DNA of 64,000 bases from an uncultured Acidobacteriota bacterium (GTDB lineage: Bacteria > Acidobacteriota > Vicinamibacteria > Vicinamibacterales > CAVVIG01): assembly GCA_963724725.1 (NCBI GenBank), contig CAVRVT010000001.1, forward strand, positions 942,407 to 1,006,406. The letters run 5' to 3'. Below are positions 46,099 to 55,284 of this stretch, one piece after another. The position numbers and the translations under genes are program-made. How positions within the stretch are numbered: position 1 is the first letter of the stretch; each line of letters begins with the position of its first letter. The notes below the pieces were generated by a model that was not told where the DNA came from, did no database searches, and saw only the letters and a program-made list of their open reading frames with translations.

Positions 46099-47280
46099 AT
46101 GCCAGTCATCGATCAGACCGCATCCATCCTCACCACGGAGCTCCTCAATCGGTTCGGCGAGCGGGCGCCGCGGTACGACCGCGAGAACACGTTCTTTCAG
46201 GAAGATTTCGACGACCTGAAGGCCGCCGGATATCTGCTCCTCGCCGTGCCGAAAGCGTTTGGCGGCGCCGGCCTCAACCTCGCCGAGGTCTCCCGGTCGC
46301 AGGCGCGTCTCGCATACAGAGCGCCGGCGACTGCGCTCGCCGTCAACATGCATCTGTACTGGACCGGAATCGCCGCCGATCTCTACCGGTCGGGTGACCA
46401 CCGGCTGGACTGGATTCTGAAGGAGGCCGCGGCGGGCGAGGTCTTTGCGGCCGGCCACGGCGAGCGCGGCAACGATCTGCCGGTGCTGGCATCGTCCGCA
46501 ACCGCAGAGCGCGTGAAAGGTGGATATCGGTTCACCGGTCACAAGATCTTCGGATCGTTGACGCCGGTCTGGACGCGGCTCGGCATTCATGCGATGGACC
46601 TGAGCGACCCGACCAGGCCGCTGGTCGTTCACGCCTTCCTGCCGAGAGACACCGCCGGCTACAAGATTGTCGAGACGTGGGACACGATGGGCATGCGCGC
46701 CACGCGCAGCGACGACACCGTTCTCGAGGGCGCGGTCGTGCCCGATCACTACATCGCGCGCGTCGTGCCGTCAGGCTTCGCCGGCGCGGATGCATTCGTC
46801 CTCGGCATTTTCGCATGGGCGGAACCGACGTTCGGACACATCTACCTGTCTGTCGCGCAGCGCGCGCGCGATCTCGCCGTGGCGGACGTCCGCCAGAAGA
46901 AATCCGTCGCGCTCGGCGGCCGGTCCATGGCGTGGAATCCGATGGTGCAGCACGCAGTCGCCGAGATGGACATCGAACTCGACGCGATCAACGCGATCGT
47001 GTCGCGCGTGGCCGAGGACTGGTCAGCTGGGGTGGATCACGGCGGCCTCTGGCCGGCCAAGCTCGTGGCCGCGAAATACCGCGCCGTCGAAGGCGCCAAG
47101 CGCGTCGTCGACATCGCGATGGACGTGTCGGGCGGGAGCGGCATGTTCAGGCGAAACGAGCTCGAGCGGCTGTATCGCGACGTGCGGTGCGGCGGCTTCC
47201 ATCCCGCGAACAGCGCGGTCGCCCACGAGGTCGTTGGCAAGACGGCGCTCGGCCTGCTCGGTGAAGCCGCGCGCTGGTAG
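46099..47280 (+). CDS. Acyl-CoA dehydrogenase family protein
   Basis: ATG 46099 after GGAGAAG. ACAD-like N-terminal, middle and C-terminal pattern (..AGYLLLAVPKAFGGAGL.., ..ERLYRDVRCGGFHP). Confidence 0.8.
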   Translation: MPVIDQTASILTTELLNRFGERAPRYDRENTFFQEDFDDLKAAGYLLLAVPKAFGGAGLNLAEVSRSQARLAYRAPATALAVNMHLYWTGIAADLYRSGDHRLDWILKEAAAGEVFAAGHGERGNDLPVLASSATAERVKGGYRFTGHKIFGSLTPVWTRLGIHAMDLSDPTRPLVVHAFLPRDTAGYKIVETWDTMGMRATRSDDTVLEGAVVPDHYIARVVPSGFAGADAFVLGIFAWAEPTFGHIYLSVAQRARDLAVADVRQKKSVALGGRSMAWNPMVQHAVAEMDIELDAINAIVSRVAEDWSAGVDHGGLWPAKLVAAKYRAVEGAKRVVDIAMDVSGGSGMFRRNELERLYRDVRCGGFHPANSAVAHEVVGKTALGLLGEAARW

Positions 47281-47301
47281 CACCTGGGTGACGTTGGGCG
47301 T

Positions 47302-47319
47302 CCGGATCTGAGGATCCGG
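47302..47319 (+). terminator. Possible terminator hairpin after the ACAD gene (CCGGATC-tgag-GATCCGG)
   Basis: Perfect 7-bp stem with a 4-nt loop, 22 nt after the stop codon. No U-tract follows. Confidence 0.3.
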
Positions 47320-47390
47320 CATGTCGAGAACGGCACGGCGGCTCCGACTGACCTGTAAAAGCGGGCACAATGCCCCGACAAGGAGCCGTC

Positions 47391-47846
47391 ATGCCGACGA
47401 TTACGCCGTTTCTGTGGTTCGACTCCCAGGCTGAAGAGGCGATGAACCTCTATACGTCGATCTTCACGCGCTCGAAGGTCGTCTCGGTCAATCGTGCCCA
47501 GGGGCGCGTCGTGTCCGTCGCCTTCGATCTCGAAGGCCAGCGCTTCATGGGGCTCAACGGGGGTCCGCTCTACAGGTTCAACGAATCGGTGTCGTTCTTC
47601 GTCGGCTGCGAGACCCAGCAGGAGATCGACGAGTTGTGGACGAAATTGATCGACGGTGGCGGTGCGCCGAGCCGCTGCGGGTGGCTCAAGGACAGGTACG
47701 GGCTGTCCTGGCAGATCGTCCCCAACAGCCTGGGTCGGATGATCGGCGACCCGGACGCTGCGAAATCGCAGCGCGTCGTCGCCACGATGATGAAGATGGA
47801 CAAACTGGATGTGAGGGAGCTGCAGCGCGCATACGACGGCGTTTAG
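47391..47846 (+). CDS. VOC/glyoxalase-fold protein (PhnB / 3-demethylubiquinone methyltransferase-like domain)
   Basis: AGGAG lies 5 nt upstream. N-terminus MPTITPFLWFDSQAEEAMNLYTSIF and C-terminal ..CGWLKDRYGLSWQIVP are typical of the family. Confidence 0.8.
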   Translation: MPTITPFLWFDSQAEEAMNLYTSIFTRSKVVSVNRAQGRVVSVAFDLEGQRFMGLNGGPLYRFNESVSFFVGCETQQEIDELWTKLIDGGGAPSRCGWLKDRYGLSWQIVPNSLGRMIGDPDAAKSQRVVATMMKMDKLDVRELQRAYDGV

Positions 47847-48348
47847 TGCCGTCGGCGTTTCGCCTTCGTCCGGACGCGGCGTTTCCTGACAGAGATTTCT
47901 TGTGCGGACTGCGCGCCGACGCCCCTGGCCCGGCCAGGGTGTCCGAGAGATCGTACGCCTCGCGAAGCCAGTCGGCGATCGGCGCTTCAACCTCGTCGCG
48001 ATGCCTGACGTGAAGGACGTGGACGACCTTCGACTTCGATGCGCGGTCGACGTGACGGACCTGCGGCGCCTTCACCGTCCGCCCGAGGAACACACAGACT
48101 TCGAGAAACTGCCGTTTCGGCCGCACGAAGAAGTAGCATGACTTCCGCGAAAACATGATCGACTTGTGCGACGCGTAGATCCGCTGGTCGCCGAACGACG
48201 CGGCGGTCTCGCGGAGGCGTTCCCATGCGTCCCGTAGATCGTCGGCGAGATCCTGCGTCAGCGCCGATTCCGTCGTCGTCCAGCAGTCGTGCGTTTCACC
48301 CTCTTCCACCCACTGCTTGCAGTGATAGCACGTGCGGCCTCGCATCAC
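47686..48348 (-). CDS. DUF5655-like protein with suspicious Arg/Ser-rich C-terminal extension
   Basis: The N-terminal ~130 aa look globular (..RIYASHKSIMFSRKSCYFFVRPKRQFLEVCVFL..). The last ~90 aa are low-complexity and overlap the convergent gene by about 160 nt. Confidence 0.5.
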   Translation of the reverse strand: MMRGRTCYHCKQWVEEGETHDCWTTTESALTQDLADDLRDAWERLRETAASFGDQRIYASHKSIMFSRKSCYFFVRPKRQFLEVCVFLGRTVKAPQVRHVDRASKSKVVHVLHVRHRDEVEAPIADWLREAYDLSDTLAGPGASARSPHKKSLSGNAASGRRRNADGTKRRRMRAAAPSHPVCPSSSSWRRRAAISQRPGRRSSDPGCWGRSARTARTCP

Positions 48349-48499
48349 GACATCTTACAAGCTCGATTTCTGCCAGTGGGGTTCCCCGGTATAATTTCGC
48401 GTGGTTCGCGCCGGCCTTTGCATGGTTCTTTTTCTGGCGCTGCCAGACGGTTCCCGCCTGCACGGCGCTGCTGACACCGCTCATCAGAGTTCCACGCCC

Positions 48500-49336
48500 A
48501 TGGACATCAACGCCGTCACGAAAACGGTTGACGCGAACGGTCTGTCGTTCCCGGTCGTCGACACGGGAACGGGACCGGCCGTGCTGTTGCTGCACGGTTT
48601 TCCGGATTCAAGATTTCTCTGGCGGAATCAGATCGAGCCGCTCGTCAAGGCCGGGTTTCGGGTCATCGCGCCGGACCTCCGCGGATTCGGCGATGCTCCG
48701 AAGCCGCCAGCCGTTCAAGACTACCGGCTCCCAGTTGTCGCGCGCGATGTGATTGGCATTCTCGATGCCCTGAGCGTGCGCCAGGCTCGCGTCGTCGGGC
48801 ATGACTGGGGCGCCGCCCTCGCGTGGTACCTCGCCACCGCCAACGCCGACCGCGTCGAGCGTCTGGTCGCGCTGTCGGTTGGCGCGGGAGGAACATCTGG
48901 CACGACCACACTCGCGCAGCGCGAGAAATCCTGGTACTTCCTGTTCTTTCAATTCGAAGGCATCGCGGAAGCTTCGCTGACGAGAGACGACTGGCGCCTC
49001 TTCAAGGAATGGACGCGCGGGCAGGGTGACACCGAGCGCCATCTGAAGGATCTGTCGCGCCCAGGCGCCCTGACCGCCGCGCTCAACTGGTACCGCGCGA
49101 ACGTACGACCGCAGATGCCGCCTGAGAACCCGCCGCCACCGACGCCGAAGATCGCGTGCCCGGTCATGGGCGTCTGGAGCGATCGCGATCCCTTCCTGAC
49201 CGAACCGCACGTCAGCAAGTCGCACGAACGGGTGTCCGGCCCCTGGCGCTACGAGAAGATCGAAGGCGCCGGTCATTGGATGATGCTCGACAAGCCGACC
49301 GAACTGAATCGGCTGCTCCTCGATTTCCTGAAATAG
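48500..49336 (+). CDS. Alpha/beta hydrolase (epoxide-hydrolase/haloalkane-dehalogenase type)
   Basis: HGFPD oxyanion motif, Asp nucleophile elbow GHDWGA and C-terminal GAGHWMM. Confidence 0.85.
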   Translation: MDINAVTKTVDANGLSFPVVDTGTGPAVLLLHGFPDSRFLWRNQIEPLVKAGFRVIAPDLRGFGDAPKPPAVQDYRLPVVARDVIGILDALSVRQARVVGHDWGAALAWYLATANADRVERLVALSVGAGGTSGTTTLAQREKSWYFLFFQFEGIAEASLTRDDWRLFKEWTRGQGDTERHLKDLSRPGALTAALNWYRANVRPQMPPENPPPPTPKIACPVMGVWSDRDPFLTEPHVSKSHERVSGPWRYEKIEGAGHWMMLDKPTELNRLLLDFLK

Positions 49337-49356
49337 GCCGCTGTGCGGCGATCGCG

Positions 49357-50521
49357 ATGACGCTTTCAGACTCGTACGACGTCGTGGTCGTCGGCGCCGG
49401 CGTATTCGGCGCCTGGACGGCCTTTCACCTCGCCGATGCAGGGAAGCGCGTCGCGCTCGTCGACGCGTACGGCCCGGGCAACTCGCGGTCCAGTTCCGGC
49501 GGCGAAACGCGGGTGATCCGCTGCGCGTACGGCGCGAACGAAATCTACACACGCTGGTCGTCGCAATCGCTCGAGCAATGGAAAGCGCTGTACGGCGCGG
49601 CATCGCCGCCCTGCTTTCATCGGACGGGCGTGCTCTTTCTGGCGAGCGCGAAGTCGAGCGAAGCCAGCGCCTCACTCGCAACCCTCGTCCGCGTCGGCGT
49701 TCCCCACGAGCGGCTCGACCACGTCGATCTCGGTCGTCGATTTCCGCAGTTCAACTTCGGTCCGGTCCACTGGGCGATCTTCGAGCCGGAGAGCGGCGTG
49801 CTGCTCGCGCGGCGCTCGGTGCCACTCGTCGTCGCCGGCGCCCGGGCGAAAGGCGTCGACTACATTGACGGACGCGTGCACCGGATCAACGAAGCCAGGT
49901 CAGCAGGCCCGCTGGCTGCCGTCGACATCGGCAACGGCGGCGCGCTCCGCGCCGCACAGTTCGTGTTCGCCTGCGGCCCCTGGCTGCCAAAGCTGTTCCC
50001 GACGCTGCTGGGTGCGCGGATTGTTCCGACCCGTCAGGAAGTGTTCTACGTCGGGCCGCCGCCAGGCGACAGCCGGTTTGCTGCGCCGGCGATGCCGGCG
50101 TGGATCGATTTCGGAAGCGAGATGTACGGCGTGCCCGACATCGAGCAGAAGGGCTTCAAGATTGCGCTCGATCGGCACGGGCGGCCGTTCGATCCCGACA
50201 GCGGCGAACGGATCGTGTCAGCAGCCGGCCTCCGCACCATTCGGTCGTACTTGACCAGGCGTGTTCCGGCGCTGGCCCGCCAACCGATTGTCGCCAGCGA
50301 AGTGTGTCAGTACCGAGAACACGTCGAACGGCGACTTCCTCATCGATCGGCACCCGGCGCGGCCGAATGTGTGGCTCGTCGGCGGCGGATCAGGCCACGG
50401 ATTCAAACACGGCCCCGCCGTCGGCCAATACGTGGCCGAACACGTCGTGAGCGGCGCGGCTCCTGATGCACCTTTCTCTCTGGCTACGAAAGCGACCCGT
50501 CGGAAACGCGCAGTTTTCTGA
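49357..50521 (+). pseudogene. FAD-dependent oxidoreductase (DAO / sarcosine-oxidase-like), 1-nt frame disruption (may be a sequence error)
   Basis: GxGxxG motif (VVVVGAGVFGAW). The frame changes after ..EVCQY at 50311-50314. The other frame continues ENTSNGDFLIDRHP..GGGSGHGFKHGPAVG to the stop at 50521. Confidence 0.75.
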
Positions 50522-50525
50522 ATAG

Positions 50526-50550
50526 GCCCTCAGCCCTCAGCCCTCAGCCC
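50526..50550. repeat. Tandem heptamer GCCCTCA x3.6 across the convergent gene ends
   Basis: gccctca gccctca gccctca gccc. On the minus strand it encodes the MFS C-terminus ..GLRAEG-stop. Confidence 0.9.
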
Positions 50551-51756
50551 TACGTTTCTGGGCCGTCGGACCATCAGCGGCAGGATCGCCGCGATCAGCA
50601 GGACGATGGCTATGCTGACGATGGCCTGATCGTACCGACCGGTCGTCTGGCGCAGTCGCGCGACGAGCAACGGCGAAGGAATCGCGGCGGCCGCCCACGC
50701 CAGAAGAATCCAGCCGTAGATCCCGCCCATGAACTTCGCGCCGAAGCAGTCCGCGGTGAACGACGGCATCGTGCCGAATCCGCCGCCGTAGCACAGACCG
50801 ATGATCGCAAGGGCCGCGCTGAGCAGCGTGACGCTGGTCAGGCGGGGAAGCGCGAAAAAGATCGCCGCCTGGATGATGTACAGCAGCAGGTAGACGCGCG
50901 CGCGGCCGATGAAGTCCGACGCCCATGCCCAGAGCACGCGGCCGACGCCGTTGAACATCGAGATCACGCCGACCATCCCCGCCGCGGCGACCGGGCTCAT
51001 GTGCGCCAGCTGCTGCGCGATCGGCGAGGCCTGGCTGATGATCATGATGCCGGCTGAAACGTTGAGAAACAGCATCGCCCACAACATCCAGAAGGTGGTC
51101 GTGCCCATCGCTTCACGGACGGAGAAGTCGTAGCTCGACGCCGCTTGAACGACTGCGCCCTTCGGCTGCCAGCCGGCCGGCCGCCAGCCTGCGGGCGGAT
51201 GGGAGTAAAACCGCGCGGCGACCACAATCAGAACGAGATACACGATGCCGAGGATCTCGAATGTCGCCGGCACACCTCGCGCCGTGATCGAGCGCGCCGC
51301 AAACGGGCTCATCACGAGGGCGCCCGCGCCGTAGCCGGCGACCGCGACGCCCGTCATCAATCCGCGGCGATCGGGAAACCACTTCGTCAGGGTCGCAACC
51401 GGCGTGATGTAACCCATACCCATGCCGATCCCGCCGAGCACGCCGTAGCTGAAATAGAGACCAGCCAGCGATCGGTCGGCGATGAACCATCCGCCGAGGA
51501 GATAACCGGCGCCGTAGAGAAGTCCCGCGAGCGTCGCAACCGGCCGCGGACCCGCGCGGTCCTGCCAGAGCCCGCCGAGAACCGTGCCGACTCCGAGAAA
51601 CGCGATCGCCAGCGTGAAGGCCAGCGAGACCTGCGTCAGCGTCCAGCCGGTCATCGCCACCAGGGGCGCGACGAACACGCTCCATCCGTACACGGCGCCG
51701 AGACACACCTGGGTGACGACGGCGGCGGCGGCGACGAGCCAGCGGTTCGTAGTCAT
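50530..51756 (-). CDS. MFS transporter (oxalate/formate-antiporter-like family)
   Basis: 408 aa with 12 predicted hydrophobic helices and an MFS loop motif (FPDRRGLMTG). Confidence 0.8.
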   Translation of the reverse strand: MTTNRWLVAAAAVVTQVCLGAVYGWSVFVAPLVAMTGWTLTQVSLAFTLAIAFLGVGTVLGGLWQDRAGPRPVATLAGLLYGAGYLLGGWFIADRSLAGLYFSYGVLGGIGMGMGYITPVATLTKWFPDRRGLMTGVAVAGYGAGALVMSPFAARSITARGVPATFEILGIVYLVLIVVAARFYSHPPAGWRPAGWQPKGAVVQAASSYDFSVREAMGTTTFWMLWAMLFLNVSAGIMIISQASPIAQQLAHMSPVAAAGMVGVISMFNGVGRVLWAWASDFIGRARVYLLLYIIQAAIFFALPRLTSVTLLSAALAIIGLCYGGGFGTMPSFTADCFGAKFMGGIYGWILLAWAAAAIPSPLLVARLRQTTGRYDQAIVSIAIVLLIAAILPLMVRRPRNVGLRAEG

Positions 51757-52068
51757 CGGAACGCGACGCGAATCGTAGCACCGTCAGCGTCTTCCGCTCG
51801 CCTGAAGGCTCGCGCTCCTGTCGCACGGTCGGCGCAGCCGGGCACGGTCAGCGCAGCCGCAGAACAATGTTTCCCGCAACCCGGGACGACGACACAACTG
51901 TTCCGTGCTAACGTCGCACCGAAATCCGCGAAAGCGACGTGACGTGTCGTGAACGCGGGTGGTGCAGACGTGTGCAGCCGCGCACGGCGGACGGCCCTTC
52001 GGTTTATCATGAAGATCCCCGCGCACGAGCGTCTCTCGTGCGATTCCCCAGCAGAAAGTTGAACGCGC

Positions 52069-53421
52069 ATGCGCCGCGTTGCCGCATTCCTCGTGCTCCT
52101 TGGCTTCGTGACGATTGACGCCCACGCTCAGAACCCGCTGCCGACGGGCTGGCCGGCCCGACTCGAACTCGGCATGGCGGATGGCCCCGGCGGAGCCGCT
52201 GCAATGAAGAACACGGCGCCGTTCGGCTTTCGCTATCAGTACCTCGCGGGCGGCGCGAACACCGGAAGCGGCTGGGCCACGTGGAACACGAACGGCGACT
52301 TCGCGAAGTTCTACATTCAGGATTCGATGGCCAACGGGATCATCCCCGTCTTCACGTACTACATGCTGCTCCAGTCGCTTCCCGGCGGCGGCAGCGAGAG
52401 CAACGCGGACTTCACGAACCTGAACAACACCGCCACGATGACCGCGTACTTCAACGATCTGACGCTCTTCTTCCAGAAGGCCGGCGCATTCCCGACGCAG
52501 AAAGTCGTCCTGCACGTCGAGCCCGATTTCTGGGGCTACATGGAGCAGCGCGCGGCGAACGACGACGCACGGACCGTGACGGCGAAGATCGCGGAGACCG
52601 GCATTCCCCAGCTCGCGGGACTGCCCGGCAACGTCTCGGGCTTCGCGCGCGCGATCGTCGCGCTCCGAGACGCGTACGCGCCGAACGTGATCCTCGGCTA
52701 TCACATCAGTGTGTGGGGCACGAACATCGACATCGCCCTTTCGAACCCGTCCGATGCGCAAGTGGATGCGCTCGGAACCCGAGCGGCGGCGTTCTACACC
52801 TCGCTCGGCGCCGGCTTCGACATCACTCTCGGCGAGTTCAGTGACCGCGACTCCGGCTACTACCAGTTCGTCGTCGGCGACAGTGGACGATCGTGGTGGG
52901 ACGCCGAGGACTTCCGGCGCAGCGTCCGCTTCCTGTCGAAGTTCTCGACGATCGCGGGAAAGCGGATCGTGATGTGGCAGATCCCGCTGGGCAACACGAG
53001 GATGCGGAGCGTGAACAACACGACAGGACACTATCAGGACAATCGTCCCGAGTGGCTGCTCGACGATGCGGGACGCACGCACCTGTCTGCGTACCGTGAT
53101 GCCGGCGTGGTTGCGTTTCTGTTCGGGGGCGGAGCGGGTGGGACGACGTGCGCCTGCGACGGTCAGCACGACGGCGTGACGAATCCCGCGGCGATTAATG
53201 GCAACGCGCTGGCGTCGGAGCTGGCGGCGCCAGGCACCGCGCCCGCTCAGGTGGTGCGCGGTACCGCGCCGACGCTCGTCACGCCCTACGCTGCGGACGA
53301 TGACGGCGGGTTCTTCCGATGGCGCGCGTGGCAGTACTACCAGGACGGCGCCATGAGCCTCCCAACGACCGGTACCCAGCCACTGGCACCGACGAATGTC
53401 CGAATCACACCGGGCGGCTAG
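52069..53421 (+). CDS. Secreted hypothetical protein, possibly a glycoside-hydrolase-like barrel
   Basis: Signal peptide. An ..VVLHVEPDFWGY.. stretch is reminiscent of the EPD motif of GH6-like enzymes. The assignment is weak. Confidence 0.4.
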   Translation: MRRVAAFLVLLGFVTIDAHAQNPLPTGWPARLELGMADGPGGAAAMKNTAPFGFRYQYLAGGANTGSGWATWNTNGDFAKFYIQDSMANGIIPVFTYYMLLQSLPGGGSESNADFTNLNNTATMTAYFNDLTLFFQKAGAFPTQKVVLHVEPDFWGYMEQRAANDDARTVTAKIAETGIPQLAGLPGNVSGFARAIVALRDAYAPNVILGYHISVWGTNIDIALSNPSDAQVDALGTRAAAFYTSLGAGFDITLGEFSDRDSGYYQFVVGDSGRSWWDAEDFRRSVRFLSKFSTIAGKRIVMWQIPLGNTRMRSVNNTTGHYQDNRPEWLLDDAGRTHLSAYRDAGVVAFLFGGGAGGTTCACDGQHDGVTNPAAINGNALASELAAPGTAPAQVVRGTAPTLVTPYAADDDGGFFRWRAWQYYQDGAMSLPTTGTQPLAPTNVRITPGG

Positions 53422-53442
53422 CTGACGACCGGCTCGCTGCGG

Positions 53443-53649
53443 TCAGGGCTTCGACAGCATCACTTCGGTCGCTTTCACCACGGCCGTGACGGCGTCGCCC
53501 TTCTTGAGCCGCATCTCCTCCGCGCTTCGGCGGGTGATGACGGATTCGATCATGTGATCACCCACTTTGATCGTAACGTGGACGAGCACGTCGCCCGTCA
53601 GGATCTCCTCGATCGTCCCCTTCAAATGATTTCGCGCGCTGAGTGCCAT
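53443..53649 (-). CDS. Molybdopterin/molybdate-binding Mop (TOBE) domain protein (molbindin)
   Basis: 68 aa. SARNHLKGTIEEI..GDV..V.I.VG....SVIT..S...L.LKKGD.V.AVVKAT is the classic Mop pattern. Confidence 0.85.
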   Translation of the reverse strand: MALSARNHLKGTIEEILTGDVLVHVTIKVGDHMIESVITRRSAEEMRLKKGDAVTAVVKATEVMLSKP

Positions 53650-53662
53650 CGAGCCTCCTGGG

Positions 53663-54691
53663 TTACTCCGTCCTCCACGGGTTGGCGAATCGCAGATCGT
53701 GCAGGACGGCTTCGTCGGTCAGACTTTCAAGGAAGGCGATGAGATCCGCTCGCTGCTCGGGCGTCATCGTGAACCCTCTCACCGTGGGACTGCGGTTCGG
53801 GTTGTCGTGACCGACGCCCTTGAAGGGTCCGTCGGCGATCGTCCGTCCCCCCGCCGCATAGTGATCGAGGACGCCGTCGAGCGTGGCGATGCTCCCGTCG
53901 TGCATGTACGGTGCCGTGACGGCGATGTTGCGAAGCGTCGGCGCCTTGAATTTTCCGACGTCGCCCGGTTGTTTCGTCGTTTCGTAGAGGCCGGTATTGG
54001 TGGCAGGATACGAAAGCGCGCCCGCGAGATTGTAGAGGCCGGTGTTGTGAAACTCAGGACTGCCGCCGTCGTTCCGCCGTCCATCGTAATCTGCCGCCCC
54101 TGAAAACGTGATGATCGTCCGTTCGAACGACGCGATGGCCCTGGCGACGTTCTCGACGGTAAAAGCCTCCGGCGACGAATCGAACGCCGCGGGAAACAGA
54201 CGCGTGTACTCGGGAACGCTCTTCAGGCGTGCAAGCATGTCATCCGCGGGCCGCTTCAGTCCCAGCTCGACCGGATGGTCGCCGAACATCGGCACGAGAG
54301 CCTGGTCCTCGAGCCGCCCGATTGTCGGATTGGCCCACGTCAACGCCGCGGCATATGCCACGTTGACCAGGCTCATGCTGCCGCGCGGATGGCGTTCCTG
54401 TGTAGAACCGATTGCCACCGCGCGCGCATCGGTGAATGCGAGCGCCTGCGTGTGACAGGTCGCGCAGGACTGAGTGCCGTTCGCTGACAGCCGCGTGTCG
54501 TAGAAAAGGTATCGACCCAGTTCCGCCTTCGCCGTCGCCATCGGATTGTCGGACGGCATCCGCGGTTTCGGAAACGACTTCGGCAGCTGCCACTCGTACT
54601 GCGCGACAGGTTGTTGCGCGATGCTCGCAACGCCGCCAAAAGCGAGCCCGGCGGCCACCGCGCATACGAGTCGTTTGGTCATCGCCCGCAT
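53663..54691 (-). CDS. Cytochrome c peroxidase / MauG-family protein retaining only the first heme motif
   Basis: N-terminal CATCH heme motif and FKAPTLRNIAVTAPYMHDGS are present. The protein has no second CxxCH. The start overlaps the upstream stop (TGATG). Confidence 0.7.
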   Translation of the reverse strand: MRAMTKRLVCAVAAGLAFGGVASIAQQPVAQYEWQLPKSFPKPRMPSDNPMATAKAELGRYLFYDTRLSANGTQSCATCHTQALAFTDARAVAIGSTQERHPRGSMSLVNVAYAAALTWANPTIGRLEDQALVPMFGDHPVELGLKRPADDMLARLKSVPEYTRLFPAAFDSSPEAFTVENVARAIASFERTIITFSGAADYDGRRNDGGSPEFHNTGLYNLAGALSYPATNTGLYETTKQPGDVGKFKAPTLRNIAVTAPYMHDGSIATLDGVLDHYAAGGRTIADGPFKGVGHDNPNRSPTVRGFTMTPEQRADLIAFLESLTDEAVLHDLRFANPWRTE

Positions 54692-55154
54692 CACTTGCGC
54701 AGTCGGACGACGCTGAGCGTCTGGAGCATGCGGATGGATCGTGCCCCGCGCTTGTCGTGCGGGGCGACGATGCGCAAGGGGCCCTGGTAGTCGAAGAGGG
54801 GTTTGCCGTCGATGGTGTCGGCGATGATGATCTCGTTCGAGGTGAACCCGGGATCGAGCTCCGCAAGCGAGAAGAGAACCTGGTAGCCGTCCTTGGCGCC
54901 GGCGAGCACCCTGCTTTCCTCAGGATCTCCGCGACGAGAACGCCTTCGTATGTGACCTCGCGTCCCTCTTCGGTCACGGTCACGGTCGTGCGAGGCAGAA
55001 CCTTGATGTCGGCCGGCGTCAAGGTCAGGGTCTGTGCGACGTCACCGCCGATCGTCAGGGTTCCGGTGGCGCGCGTGGTCTGGGCCGCAGCCGGATGCGG
55101 AAAAGTCGAGATGACAGCCGATACGACGACGGACGATATCAAGGCGCGGCTCAT
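54691..55154 (-). pseudogene. Small molybdopterin-oxidoreductase-domain protein, frame disrupted near 54905-54912
   Basis: The signal peptide and ..VTYEGVLVAEILRKAG are in one frame. LAGAKDGYQVLFSLAELDP..GPLRIVAPHDKRGARSIRML continues in another frame (ORF 54691-54909). Confidence 0.6.
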
Positions 55155-55228
55155 GCCCGGATTCTAACCCGGCCGAGAATCGACTAGAAACGACAATCAA
55201 ACTGGCTTGTTCAGCATGAAATAGCGCT

Positions 55229-55282
55229 CGGCTGAAGCGAGACGCCCGGCTGAAGTCAGTCGCTCGGCTGAAGTCTCGCGCT
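55229..55282. promoter_or_regulatory. Three direct repeats with exact 18-bp period sharing the core CGGCTGAAG
   Basis: Cores at 55229, 55247 and 55265. They lie in the intergenic region upstream (minus-strand sense) of the Mo-oxidoreductase/peroxidase/Mop operon. Confidence 0.5.
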
Positions 55283-55284
55283 CC

